Below, in pieces: positions 20,254-30,584 of a stretch of 64,000 bases of DNA. The stretch lies in the NCBI GenBank assembly GCA_965242925.1, contig CBDEUM010000012.1, forward strand, positions 32,001 to 96,000, in the 5' to 3' direction. The notes beneath the pieces were generated by a model. It saw only the letters and a list, made by a program, of their open reading frames with translations, did no database searches and was not told the origin of the DNA. Each line of letters starts with the position of its first letter. The first letter of the stretch is position 1. This DNA comes from Roseibacillus sp. (GTDB taxonomy: Bacteria; Verrucomicrobiota; Verrucomicrobiia; Verrucomicrobiales; Akkermansiaceae). The position numbers were made by a program, and so were the translations under genes.

Positions 20254-23200
20254 TCAACGGGCCTGGACGCGTAAGCGGGAGAAGAAGCGCTCTCCGAGGC
20301 TTCCCGCAGGATTCAGTCGCACCGTCATGAGCACCCGGCCATCTCCGAGATTGACCACGCTGACTACCACCGCCTCCGCTCCGGCAGCCTGCCAGGATTG
20401 CAGGTCGTTGGAGTAGTCGATCTCGATGGTCGCCCCGTCCGCGGCGATACTGACAGGATAGATCAGGGTCGGCAGGGAGAGCATCTGTCCCTCGATATCG
20501 TAGTCCTGCATGGTGAAGGTCGCCTGAAGAGGACCTGCGCCGAGACCATTTCCAAACGCGTAGTCGAGAAGATCCGTAATCCCATTGCCATCCGCATCGC
20601 CCAACGGGTTTACGGGCAGCGGAAGGGCGTCCGTGTCATTCGGATTGCCATCCGGGAGCAGGCTCGCGCGCCAACTCGCAGGGTCATCCGGATCCGGGCT
20701 GGTCTCGGGCGCGATGAGGACGATGCTGTTTCCAAGCCCGTCCGCTTCCTCGGGCCACGGGGCGAGGTCGTTGTAGCGGAACTCCGCGATCGTGCCGTTG
20801 AGAGCGTCCTCCAGTTTCACAGTGTCGCCGCCGTTGTTGAGAGCACTCATATTCGCAAACACGCCGGCCACCGGCAGACCGATGCCGTGCACGCCTTCAA
20901 AGGCGGCGAGATTGCGGACCACGAGAACCCTCGCGCCAGGAGGCAGGCTGGTCACCGCACTGCCGGAGAAGTCGAACTGGATTCCTCCCGTGAAGCGAAC
21001 ATTGGTGAGATCGAGGGTAATCGAATCGCTGATGTTGATGAGTTCAATGAACTCGGTCAGCTCGCTTCCGAGTGGATGATACATGATCTCGGTGATCCGG
21101 AGGTAGAGCTGCGCGTCCGAGGGATTGCCCACGTAGGTAGTCGCACTGATCTCGTTGCCGGCCGAATCCGAAAGGGTGACGGTCTCGCCGAAGCTGGAAA
21201 GGTGCCCCTCGTATGCGCCCTGCACGAAGAGGCCCTCGCCGCCCTTGGGACTCTGAGTGCGGGCGCGGAAGGCGGTGACATCGGGGCTGACGTAAAGCGA
21301 ACTGCCCGCCGGGATGACGGTCCCGCCCTGGAAGGTAAACTCGATCCCGCCATCCAGCTTCCAATCCGAGATGTCGACCGCGATGTCGTTCGGATTGGTC
21401 AACTCGATGTACTCCTCGTCCTGGTTTCCCGAGGGAGGCGCAAACTCGAGCGCTCCGAAGTTGATGATCGGTTCGCCGGGAGGGCCCACTAACTGGGTCC
21501 CGCCGTAAAGTTCGGGCCTGATGATCATGTCGCTGCTCCCGGTGCCTTGGTTGAGACCATGAATAGCGAGGATATTCTGCCCGGCCTTCAGGGCTCCGAG
21601 GTGCTGCGTAATGTTGTAGATGTCGAAGCTCCCGGCATTGGCCTCGTGGCTGGCGTTGAGGGCCGCCGAGTTCCAGGTCACCGCCCCCGGTGCGTTCTCG
21701 GACTGGACCACCGTGCCATTGATGAAGGCCACGAACCCGTCGTCCCACTGCATGCGCAATTCGAGGCTGTCGAAGGCACTGGGATCCGCCACGTTGAAGG
21801 GGATGCGGATGTAGATGCTGTTGTTGCTCCTCATCTGCGTGTTGACGTCGGTGCCGATCAGGGATTGGTAACCACTGGTGCGCTCGTAGCCGATTCCGGT
21901 GGTCCCTGCGATCCAACCGGAGGTGTCGAAGGGCTCGAAGGCCGCGAGTCCGATCCAGGTAAGTCCCAGGCTGTTGTCGGAGGGGACAAAAGCATGCGAA
22001 GGCGCGGGGGCCTCTATCAGGGGAGTAAGCTGGAACGAGGCCGCACCGGTCTGCGGCAGGGGAATCTCCCCACCGTTGCCGACCGTCTGGTTGTTGTATA
22101 TCTCGTTGCGCCGCGCCGGAAGGTACTCGTTCTTCCAGCGCAGGACGGCCTCCGCCATCGACTCCACCGCGGGATTGGTATTCGTGTGGGAAACCGGCGA
22201 ACCGCTGCCCTGGAGCCACGATCCCCACTTGACAAAATCGCGCTGGGCATCCGAGGGGACGATCGAGGGCGGATCGATGAGGGCCGATTGCTCATCCAGT
22301 CGCCGCTCGTACCAGCGTTCGGCGAGAGGGGTGCCCGGCTCCTGGAGATAGCGGTCTGAGAGCGTCCGCATCCTGCGCAGGATCATGGATCGCAGCGCGG
22401 AATTGCCGAACATGTGGGAGACCAATCGGATCGAGCTTCCAGTCACCACGAGACCATGGGAGTATAGATTGTTGTCGAAATAGGTGTTTTGGGAGTTCCA
22501 GACGCGACCGCCGGAGAGGTCGAGGTCCCAGGGCAGGAGCGCCCACTCGTTGGTCTTCCCGGTGTCGCGATAGATATACCAGTTCTTCGAGTGCATATCG
22601 ATGTTCCGGATCACGGAGTTGGCGGCCAGCAGGTTGACGCACTTCGGAATGTCGATGTTGTCGTAGAGATAGTTGATGCGCGCGGTTCCACTCAGGGTGA
22701 GATTGTCGATGAGGGCCTGCAGGTCGGAGTTGTTCTCGAACTTGCGGTTCTTTTTCTCGAAGCCGCTGTTGGCGGAGCCGGTCAACCTGTTGCTGTAGGC
22801 CTTGTAGAGGGCACCATCCCTGTTGAGCCCGGCCCGCTCGAGGTAGATGTCGTCCCCGTCCTCCACAAAATCCGCGACGCTGAAGAAGGCCCCGTTCTGC
22901 TCGACGCGGACGGTGAAGGAGAAGTGGGCGGGGACACCCGACTCGCGCATGATCTCATAGGCAATCGGGTGGCGGACCTTGGACTTGTCCGCCCAGTTGG
23001 TGAGCAGATCGATATCGGCCACGCGCGGGATATCGGGATCGAGGCTCCACTGGAATCGCTGGGTCTTGTTGAAGTCGATGTTATAGCTCTTCTTGACGAA
23101 GCCACCGGTCGATTGACCGTGACGACTGAAGTGCACGTTGTCGTAGAACTGACCGAGGTAGTAGAGCGCGCCGATGGTCCCGTTCGTATTGTTGGCCGAG

Positions 23201-24723
23201 TTCGGACTCGCCACAAACCACTCCAGCACCGAAAGGTTGGTCTGGATCGCCGGGTCGTGACCGACAGTGCCGAAGTACTGGTGTGAATCGCCCGCATCGC
23301 GAAAAGCGGGCTCGCGCGTCTCGTTGCCCACCGCATCAAATGCAGAAAAGCGCCAACGCGTCATTTCACCGGGGACGATCTGGTTGGCCGGGATCACCGC
23401 GGTGTATATGTCATCGCCTGCCACCGCGTCCGCTCCGGTCCCGTTATCGAACATGAAGACCGAGGCTTCGCCGCTGAACATGCGGCGATAGTAGAGCCGG
23501 ACCGAGGTGATCGGACTGACCGAGCCGATCACTTTGGCCGTCACGGTCAAGGCGCCACTCACGGGCTGGGGCGGGTTCTCGGTCACCTCCCTGAAGATCG
23601 GCCCCGACTGCTGTCCGCCGGTATTCGGGGCGCCGGGGGTCGGGTTGTCGAAGTAAACCCATGCCGCCGAGGCCCCCGGGTCCGCGGTGGTCGAGACCGT
23701 CAGGGAGATCTCCGGTTTGCTCCCGGGATCAATGTCCCAATCCATGAACATGGGATTGGCGTCATTGAGAATCATCAACTGACCCCGCTGGGGAGCGCCG
23801 GGATTGTCGACCCAATCCTGCACCAGCGCAGCGATGTCCCAGGTTGCCACCGGGGTCTGTCCCGGCGCAGCGGTGAAGGCCGCCGCCGGTGCGTTTGCCG
23901 CGTAGTAATCCACCAGGTCGCTTCCCGAGTAGGCTGCTGCGATGCTGTCAACTCCGTGATTGGCGTCGGGAACTGCGAAGACTCCGAGATTTGCGGAGAC
24001 CGCGGGTGAGCCAAAGACAGAGTTCGCCACCGCCCCACCCCAGGACAAGGTCGCAGAGTCCACCACACTTCCACCTGGGATCGTGCTGAGGTTGCTGGAA
24101 AAATCGAACCACATGTAAAGCTGCGTTCCCACTGCCCCGCTCCCAAGATCGAAGCTGTCCGCATTCGACGTCTCGCTCGCCGACTGAGTTCCGGTCAGCG
24201 CGACATTCGCGTAGTTTCCCGGCGAGCTCCAAAACGGGGTGAGGTCGAGATTCGAGGACGAACCCGGCACGCCGAACCCGAATGACTGGTCATCGAATTG
24301 CGGTGGATAGACCGGGCCAAACGCGCTCACGATGGTCGTTCCGTCGGGGGCCACCAGGCCGAGGAACTCGCCGCCGGAGCTCAGCCGGAAACTGGTATGG
24401 AGTTGCGAGGCTGGATCGACACGGTCCTTGTTGGAGGCAAAGACCACAAGATACTGGTCCGCGTTCAGGGTGATGGCAGGGAAGGTCCACTTGGTAAGAT
24501 TGGCGGCGTTGTCGGTCAGATGATACCCGTCAAGTTGCACTGGAGCGGGGCCTGGATTATGAATCTCGATCCAGTCCGAAAAGTCACCATCCTCATCCTG
24601 GTAGGAGGTGTCGTTCACCGACATGAATTCGGAAATCAGGGGAGCGGCGCTCAGCAGGGACGCGAAACAGAGCAAGGCCAGGATGCCCGCATGTCGCAGG
24701 CGCAAATTACTTTGGATGATCAC
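20254..24723 (-). CDS. Secreted lamin-tail-domain / CotH kinase-family multidomain protein
   Basis: ISEFMS.N...DWIEIHN (LTD, recurring); KKSYNIDF, D...KNWYIY, LPWDLDL (CotH); C-terminal SNDLQSW...FFSRLRV. Confidence 0.85.
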   Translation of the reverse strand: MIIQSNLRLRHAGILALLCFASLLSAAPLISEFMSVNDTSYQDEDGDFSDWIEIHNPGPAPVQLDGYHLTDNAANLTKWTFPAITLNADQYLVVFASNKDRVDPASQLHTSFRLSSGGEFLGLVAPDGTTIVSAFGPVYPPQFDDQSFGFGVPGSSSNLDLTPFWSSPGNYANVALTGTQSASETSNADSFDLGSGAVGTQLYMWFDFSSNLSTIPGGSVVDSATLSWGGAVANSVFGSPAVSANLGVFAVPDANHGVDSIAAAYSGSDLVDYYAANAPAAAFTAAPGQTPVATWDIAALVQDWVDNPGAPQRGQLMILNDANPMFMDWDIDPGSKPEISLTVSTTADPGASAAWVYFDNPTPGAPNTGGQQSGPIFREVTENPPQPVSGALTVTAKVIGSVSPITSVRLYYRRMFSGEASVFMFDNGTGADAVAGDDIYTAVIPANQIVPGEMTRWRFSAFDAVGNETREPAFRDAGDSHQYFGTVGHDPAIQTNLSVLEWFVASPNSANNTNGTIGALYYLGQFYDNVHFSRHGQSTGGFVKKSYNIDFNKTQRFQWSLDPDIPRVADIDLLTNWADKSKVRHPIAYEIMRESGVPAHFSFTVRVEQNGAFFSVADFVEDGDDIYLERAGLNRDGALYKAYSNRLTGSANSGFEKKNRKFENNSDLQALIDNLTLSGTARINYLYDNIDIPKCVNLLAANSVIRNIDMHSKNWYIYRDTGKTNEWALLPWDLDLSGGRVWNSQNTYFDNNLYSHGLVVTGSSIRLVSHMFGNSALRSMILRRMRTLSDRYLQEPGTPLAERWYERRLDEQSALIDPPSIVPSDAQRDFVKWGSWLQGSGSPVSHTNTNPAVESMAEAVLRWKNEYLPARRNEIYNNQTVGNGGEIPLPQTGAASFQLTPLIEAPAPSHAFVPSDNSLGLTWIGLAAFEPFDTSGWIAGTTGIGYERTSGYQSLIGTDVNTQMRSNNSIYIRIPFNVADPSAFDSLELRMQWDDGFVAFINGTVVQSENAPGAVTWNSAALNASHEANAGSFDIYNITQHLGALKAGQNILAIHGLNQGTGSSDMIIRPELYGGTQLVGPPGEPIINFGALEFAPPSGNQDEEYIELTNPNDIAVDISDWKLDGGIEFTFQGGTVIPAGSSLYVSPDVTAFRARTQSPKGGEGLFVQGAYEGHLSSFGETVTLSDSAGNEISATTYVGNPSDAQLYLRITEIMYHPLGSELTEFIELINISDSITLDLTNVRFTGGIQFDFSGSAVTSLPPGARVLVVRNLAAFEGVHGIGLPVAGVFANMSALNNGGDTVKLEDALNGTIAEFRYNDLAPWPEEADGLGNSIVLIAPETSPDPDDPASWRASLLPDGNPNDTDALPLPVNPLGDADGNGITDLLDYAFGNGLGAGPLQATFTMQDYDIEGQMLSLPTLIYPVSIAADGATIEIDYSNDLQSWQAAGAEAVVVSVVNLGDGRVLMTVRLNPAGSLGERFFSRLRVQAR

Positions 24724-24790
24724 GAGAGTTGGGGGTCGCGAGTGCGGCTGATGGAACCAGCGGAACCGAAACTATAGGAGCGCATGGATA

Positions 24791-25031
24791 GATGGCAACG
24801 TCCACTGCCACCGCCTGCGGATCGACCTCCTCGCTGCTGGCCTCTTTTCTCAGCTGCTCCAGTTCCCACGGGCCCGTATTTCCAACTCGATCTGCTCCTC
24901 CACACTCAGCACTGCGGCAGCATGACGCTCCGTCTCCCCGGAGGCAAGAATCCGCACAGGAATCGCTCGCCAGCACGCTCTCCAGTTGAGATTCTGCCAG
25001 CATGAAGCCCGCCTTCCTGTTTGCCAGTGCC
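24791..25031 (+). repeat. Right copy of diverged 241 bp direct repeat, with a truncated dksA-like remnant on the minus strand
   Basis: Minus strand encodes ...ELEQLRKEASSEEVDPQAVAVDVAI, then homology stops; copy ends in the real start of the C25 gene. Confidence 0.92.
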
Positions 25032-26465
25032 ACCCTTACGGCTACCGGCATCAGCCTGGCTCATCCCGAACACGAGTTCATGGCGGGACTCTCCGCCCCC
25101 TCCCCCGCCACCGTCCTCCTCATCACCTCGCCGGAACTGGCGGAAGCCTGGAAACCCTTCGCGGCCTGGAAGAAACAGCTCGGGAAACCGGTGCGCATTT
25201 TGACCACCGGGCAGATTGCCGACCGCTACGAAGCGCCCGACCTGCAGGAAAAAATCCGGCGCTGCGTGCGCAACCATACTGATCACCTTGGAACACGCTG
25301 GATCATCCTCGGGGGTGACAGCGAAAAGGATGGCAGGGGGGTAGTGCCCGATCGCGATACCGTCCACCAGACGAAGTTCGGCGACTACGATGACATCCCC
25401 ACGGATATCTACTATCTCGGCAAAAAGGACTGGGATGCCGATAACGACGGCATCTACGGAGAGTGGGAAGACGATCGCGAGTCCATTGATTATCCCGACG
25501 GGAATGTCGGACTGGGGCGGATTCCGGTACGCACCGCAGCGGATGTCAAGGCCTACACCGAGAAGGTCATCGCCTACGAGTCAAAGTATCCCGAGTCGAG
25601 ATTCGCCACCTCCATGACTTATACCTGCTCCCTTCCCTCGGAATTCCCGAAGTTGAAGATGAGTTGGGACAACCATCTTTCCAAGATCCTGAAGGGAGGT
25701 TCCGCCCAACATTTCTTCTCCGGCACGAAGGATGGAAAACCGCTGACCCCGACCAACTGGGTGCAACTCCTCAACGGGAGGAAGAGCGGCAAACTGCACA
25801 TGCACGGCCTCGGTTTGCACCACGGCTGGATCCTGGAAGACGATGAGATTGTCGCCGCCGATCAAATCGCCCAACTCAGGAATGAGAATGCCTATCCGGT
25901 CATCACGACGGTCTCCTGCTTTACCGGGGAGTTCGACCGCGGAAAAGACCCATGCATTGCGGAGGCCATGATCCGCCGACCGAAAGCCGGAGCGGTTGCG
26001 GTGGTCGCTCCGGTGCGGGAGGGCAAACCAGACGCAACGTCCCGCACCATGACACAGTTCTGGGAGCAGGGACTGAGCCAGAACGTCAGCGCCGGGGCCG
26101 CCATGATGCTGGTCAAGGCCGGCCTGGCGGCAGGGGCAAGAGAATCGGCATTCCTCCACCTCTGCGCCTGCGAAGTGAACCTTCTGGGCGATCCCACCCT
26201 CAGTCTTCGAGGGACCGCTCCCAGAACCCCCAAGGTGGCAGGACCCGGGGAATTACCCGCCGGCAACCTCAGCCTGATCATCGAATCGGACGCACCTCAC
26301 TCGATGGTTGCCCTGCAGGACAGCTTCGGTCTCTACGCGGTACAGGTCTCCGACGAATCGGGTAATGTGACCTTTCCTCTCAACGTGGTGAAGGACAGCA
26401 CCATCACCATCACGGTTTCGGGACCGCAATACAACGCGGTGACATTGAAAATCCCGGTCAGGTAG
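25002..26465 (+). CDS. C25 family (gingipain-like) cysteine peptidase homolog
   Basis: IILGGD, PTDIYY, VGLGRIP, VSCFTGEFD, CIAE, GAVAVVA, NLLGDP. Confidence 0.85.
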   Translation: MKPAFLFASATLTATGISLAHPEHEFMAGLSAPSPATVLLITSPELAEAWKPFAAWKKQLGKPVRILTTGQIADRYEAPDLQEKIRRCVRNHTDHLGTRWIILGGDSEKDGRGVVPDRDTVHQTKFGDYDDIPTDIYYLGKKDWDADNDGIYGEWEDDRESIDYPDGNVGLGRIPVRTAADVKAYTEKVIAYESKYPESRFATSMTYTCSLPSEFPKLKMSWDNHLSKILKGGSAQHFFSGTKDGKPLTPTNWVQLLNGRKSGKLHMHGLGLHHGWILEDDEIVAADQIAQLRNENAYPVITTVSCFTGEFDRGKDPCIAEAMIRRPKAGAVAVVAPVREGKPDATSRTMTQFWEQGLSQNVSAGAAMMLVKAGLAAGARESAFLHLCACEVNLLGDPTLSLRGTAPRTPKVAGPGELPAGNLSLIIESDAPHSMVALQDSFGLYAVQVSDESGNVTFPLNVVKDSTITITVSGPQYNAVTLKIPVR

Positions 26466-26470
26466 CACCG

Positions 26471-26563
26471 GTGCTGATGGGCATGGTGCTCACCGCCATC
26501 GCGATCAATATGATTCTGACCGACATCTGGCATTTCTGCGGGCTCGGAACTGACCTCTCATGA
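26471..26563 (+). pseudogene. Possible C-terminal remnant of a MarC-family gene
   Basis: Encodes VLMGMVLTAIAINMILTDI, resembling the last TM helix of MarC proteins; no upstream part present. Confidence 0.45.
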
Positions 26564-26748
26564 AACATGCACCCGTCGACGGATCCTTCCCATGAGGAGT
26601 AATGGTTCACTTTTTCAGAACGGTCCGACAGGCCGGCGATTTCGCGTTGTCGTTTCTTCTTTTGGCTTTAGCACAAACCGGGAAAATCAGCTTGTCTAAT
26701 CGAGCCCGCACGAGGAATCTCCACCTCACCCTTTTCCACGCATCGGCC

Positions 26749-27456
26749 ATGAAGATCACCCGTTTCCTGGCCCTGCTTATTTCACTCACTACTGCGTTTT
26801 CTGCTCCCGCCGCGCCTCCTCTTGAGGCTCTCACCTTTGCCCTCGATTCCACACGCACCTTCCTGCCCCTCATTGAAGCGTCGCAACAACTGGGATGGCC
26901 ACCTCGCAGGGATGAAGAGAAAGGCACTGTCATCCTGAACGGCAAGACCCTCTCGACCAGCACGATGCGCACCTTGACCGACGGCACCATGCTCATCAGC
27001 CTGGAGACCCTTGCCACGGCTGGTGCCACCGTGACCCCGCAGGAGGACGACTCCACATTCAAGGTGTCCTTCTCCGGTCGCCACTTCCGGGTGATCCGGG
27101 CCGACAAGCGCGCGGAAATCAACCTCAAGGAGCAGCTCCTGCGGGCCTGGGAAGGAAAACGTCTTGTTCTCGAAACCAACATCAGTTCAGGGAGAGGCGG
27201 CTCTACCCCAAGCGGCGAGTTCAAGGCCGGCCCCTACAAGGCCCGGAGGCATTACTCCAGCCGCTACAACAATGCCTACATGCCCTACAGCGTGCAGGTC
27301 ACCGGACACATCTTCATCCACGGATTCAAGCATGTGCCGAAGTATCCCGCCTCCCACGGCTGCATCCGCCTCCCCTACCTTACCGACGAAAACCCGGCCC
27401 GCTTCTTCTACGAGTGGATCGACAAGGGCACCCCCATCACGATAATCAAAAAGTAA
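26749..27456 (+). CDS. L,D-transpeptidase family protein
   Basis: Signal peptide; ISSG, TPSGEF, MPYS, IFIHG...ASHGCIRL, GTPITI. Confidence 0.88.
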   Translation: MKITRFLALLISLTTAFSAPAAPPLEALTFALDSTRTFLPLIEASQQLGWPPRRDEEKGTVILNGKTLSTSTMRTLTDGTMLISLETLATAGATVTPQEDDSTFKVSFSGRHFRVIRADKRAEINLKEQLLRAWEGKRLVLETNISSGRGGSTPSGEFKAGPYKARRHYSSRYNNAYMPYSVQVTGHIFIHGFKHVPKYPASHGCIRLPYLTDENPARFFYEWIDKGTPITIIKK

Positions 27457-27526
27457 CTTAACTTCTCAGCAGCCACCTGACCGGGAACTGCCCCCTTCCT
27501 TCACTCCATCCAGCACTGATTCCATC

Positions 27527-28387
27527 ATGTCACGTCTCCTCACCGGACTGGTCAGCCTGTCCATCCTCACGAGCGCATTCGCCGACGAGTCCCTCCTCAG
27601 GTCCGCCCTCACCATCTACTCTTCCTTTGACAAGGGGGTGGACGCCGACTTTGCCAAGGGTGACCCCAAACTCTACACCTGGGTGGACCGCGGAAAAAAA
27701 ATCTCGAGGGCCGGACTACATACCGGAGACAAGAGTGGCCTCGCCAGGGGAAAAGGGAAATTCGGAGGCGCCATCTCGTTCATGGCCGGCGATGCTCCCT
27801 GGATCTACTACACCGCCGACAAGAATCTCGCCTACAATACAAGCAACTGGGGCGGCACGTCCTCCTTCTGGCTCAAGTGTGACCCGGTTGACGGCCTGGC
27901 CAAGGGCTACTGCGACCCCATCCAGTTCACCCCGCGGGCCTGGAATGACGCCTCCTTCTTCGTGGACTTCAACAAGGAGGGAAAGCCCCGAGACTTTCGC
28001 CTCGGGTGCTTTGCAGACAAGGCGGTCTGGAACCCCGGGGGCGGCGAAGTGCCCGAAACAAAGCGCCCGCTCCTCACTTCCAGGAATCCGGGATTTGCAC
28101 CCGACAGGTGGGTTCACGTCCTTTTCACCTGGGAAGGTTTTAACACCGGCAGGAAGGACGCCATTGCCAGGCTCTATCTCGACGGAACACTCAACGGAAC
28201 GCTCAAGGGGTGGAACCAGCAGTTCACCTGGAAGGCGGACGAGACCGCTCGTCTCCTCCTTGGCCTCCACTACATCGGACTGATGGATGATTTCGCCTGC
28301 TTCAACCGTGCGCTCACCGCGGAGGAAGCAAAGAAGGTCCACCGCATGAAGGGCGGCCTGGGCTCCCTTCTCAGGAAAAATCCCTGA
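27527..28387 (+). CDS. Secreted LamG-like jellyroll protein
   Basis: Signal peptide; GKFGGA, SFW, WVHVLFTW, LYLDG, MDDFACFNRALT. Confidence 0.75.
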   Translation: MSRLLTGLVSLSILTSAFADESLLRSALTIYSSFDKGVDADFAKGDPKLYTWVDRGKKISRAGLHTGDKSGLARGKGKFGGAISFMAGDAPWIYYTADKNLAYNTSNWGGTSSFWLKCDPVDGLAKGYCDPIQFTPRAWNDASFFVDFNKEGKPRDFRLGCFADKAVWNPGGGEVPETKRPLLTSRNPGFAPDRWVHVLFTWEGFNTGRKDAIARLYLDGTLNGTLKGWNQQFTWKADETARLLLGLHYIGLMDDFACFNRALTAEEAKKVHRMKGGLGSLLRKNP

Positions 28388-28431
28388 GCACCTGCGACAA
28401 CCTTCCCGGAATCTCCCTTCCCTCCGATTCC

Positions 28432-29556
28432 TCATCGCGGGACCAATCCCGCCTCGACGAACGGCCACATCAGTTTCGGGTAGAAGCGATGCCCTCCCTG
28501 CCCCCAGCGCAGAGCGAAATGGTCAGGCACCCCGGTGGCGCTGAAGATCTTCTTCACGAGCGCTGCCACGGCCTCAACGTCGGATTTCCGGTGAAGCCCA
28601 TCCTGCACGCCGTGTACCAGAAGAAGATGACGCGGGGCCACCAGTCCCCCGATTTCCGGCCAGTCACCCCAGTTGCGCAGACCCGGGACCATGCAGCAAT
28701 CGCAATGGAAGATGAAACCCTCCGAACTCGTCATGGAGGTGAAGGAGCAACTCGGGATGGCCACCCGGATACGCTGGTCGATGGCTGCAGTATAGGCGGT
28801 AAGCACTCCACCTCCGGAATTTCCACTCATCACGATGCGCTCCTTGTCTACGGATGGATGCGCCACCACCCAGTCCAGCAGGCATTGCATGTCCCAGACC
28901 CTCTCGGCAATGGGAGTTCGTCCCGCGACAAGACAATGCATGAACTGGGCCCGGCAGGGCCGATTGCCGTGACGCCCCTTCGGATCGGGCACCAGCACCT
29001 CCTCAGCCAGACCGCGGGTCGCGGGTGCGAGGGCCACGAAACCACGCCGTACCGCCTGCTCCGCGATGTTCCCTCCCCGGCCCAGAATCTGCTCCCGGTG
29101 AGCCTTGTTCCGGTACACTCCGGCATAGGAATGCAGGCCGTTCAGGTCATGCCCATGCGGACAGAGAAAGAGCGGGAAACGCACATTCCTGTCCGCCGCC
29201 CTGGGGACAAGCAGGTAGAAGGGGATTGAGATCCCGGGTTCGGTTTCAATCGTGCACAGACTGCGATAATGGGATTCTTCAATCTCCACTGCCTGTCCCT
29301 CGATCACCTTGGGCCGGAAGGAGGACAACTCCCGGCGCATGCGTTCCAGTCCCGTCACCCTCACAAGGGCGGCACGAGCCTCAACCTGCCAATTGGTGAC
29401 ATCCTCACCTCCCTTGAAGGCATGACGTTGTTCCCCCTGCTGGACCCGTTTCAGGTAATCCCGCGTCTTTTCCGAATAGTCGACGAAGGATTTGCTCTCC
29501 TCCCCGCTCGCCGCAAGACCTCCGACCAGCACGCCCACCCACAGAAATACTCTCAC
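28432..29556 (-). CDS. Alpha/beta hydrolase (acetylxylan esterase/dienelactone hydrolase-like)
   Basis: PHGH, GNSGGG nucleophile elbow, HGxxD, GGHRF. Confidence 0.85.
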   Translation of the reverse strand: MRVFLWVGVLVGGLAASGEESKSFVDYSEKTRDYLKRVQQGEQRHAFKGGEDVTNWQVEARAALVRVTGLERMRRELSSFRPKVIEGQAVEIEESHYRSLCTIETEPGISIPFYLLVPRAADRNVRFPLFLCPHGHDLNGLHSYAGVYRNKAHREQILGRGGNIAEQAVRRGFVALAPATRGLAEEVLVPDPKGRHGNRPCRAQFMHCLVAGRTPIAERVWDMQCLLDWVVAHPSVDKERIVMSGNSGGGVLTAYTAAIDQRIRVAIPSCSFTSMTSSEGFIFHCDCCMVPGLRNWGDWPEIGGLVAPRHLLLVHGVQDGLHRKSDVEAVAALVKKIFSATGVPDHFALRWGQGGHRFYPKLMWPFVEAGLVPR

Positions 29557-29597
29557 CCCTGCACTGCACCAAAGCAGCCGCTCTCTAGCAAGGGCAA

Positions 29598-30584
29598 CTA
29601 TTCCCCTGTCTTCCTGTCCTCCTGATCCTTGCTCCCCCCCGCCAGGTAGAGCTCTTGTATCCAGGCAATGGCTGCCGGCTGTATGATCTCGTGTCCTCCT
29701 TCAAAGATCGTCACCGTGGCGGTCGCTGACGAACGGCGGAAGATGGGTTGCTTCCCTCCGAAGGTCGGATCAGGGGCCGCCCTGGTGAGCGCATCAGGTA
29801 ACCGGGACTCCTTGGTCATGAACGCGATCTCCTTCAATCCAATCCGGTCCTTCTCTTCAGCCACTTCATTGAAGGCCAGCAACGAGTGGCTGATGGGCAC
29901 GCTCCCGTTGTGCCCATCAGTGATGCCCGTCGCAATATGCAGGCGCACTTTGCCCTTTGCGTTCCTGAGATAACTCACCGGCGAGCGCTTGCGATACTCC
30001 CCGTCCACCACCGGACTGTCCCCCGGTTTGCCACCGCAGGATTTCACGATATCGTCCGCATAACGCCGCCCACCCCTGATATTGTCGTGATACCAGGCTT
30101 TCAGATCAGAGATCGAGGCCCAGGCCGATATTCCGGCAAAGAGTTCCGGGTGCTTCCCGGCCATGACAAGACAATGATATCCTCCTCCCGAAGTCCCTAC
30201 CAGGAAGACCGCCTTGGCGTCAATCCGGGTGGTCTTCCTGGCATGAGCCACCGCGCTGACGATATCCCCGATCACCAGTTCCGAACCCGTGGCCTCGGGC
30301 CTCCTGGCCGGACCCCGGAAGTCGGGATGGATGTAGGCCCAGCCCTTCTTCATGCACCACTCACGAATGGGCTTGTGGTGCTGCTGCCGGTAACCCCCCG
30401 ACCAGGTGTGCAGGGCAACCACCAGCGGGACGGGTTTATCCGGCTTCGGATCATGGAACATGGCCCGCTGCCTGGTGTTGTCCGCGCCACTGAGATACTC
30501 GATATCCTGCAAGTCCACCGCGACGGCCGAACTGGACACCGCCAGCATGAACGCGGCGAAGACTGGTTGCATTCCCCTATTCAT
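29598..30584 (-). CDS. Secreted S9/alpha-beta hydrolase
   Basis: PLVVALHTWS, GTSGGG, FEGGHE; start uncertain. Confidence 0.8.
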   Translation of the reverse strand: MNRGMQPVFAAFMLAVSSSAVAVDLQDIEYLSGADNTRQRAMFHDPKPDKPVPLVVALHTWSGGYRQQHHKPIREWCMKKGWAYIHPDFRGPARRPEATGSELVIGDIVSAVAHARKTTRIDAKAVFLVGTSGGGYHCLVMAGKHPELFAGISAWASISDLKAWYHDNIRGGRRYADDIVKSCGGKPGDSPVVDGEYRKRSPVSYLRNAKGKVRLHIATGITDGHNGSVPISHSLLAFNEVAEEKDRIGLKEIAFMTKESRLPDALTRAAPDPTFGGKQPIFRRSSATATVTIFEGGHEIIQPAAIAWIQELYLAGGSKDQEDRKTGE

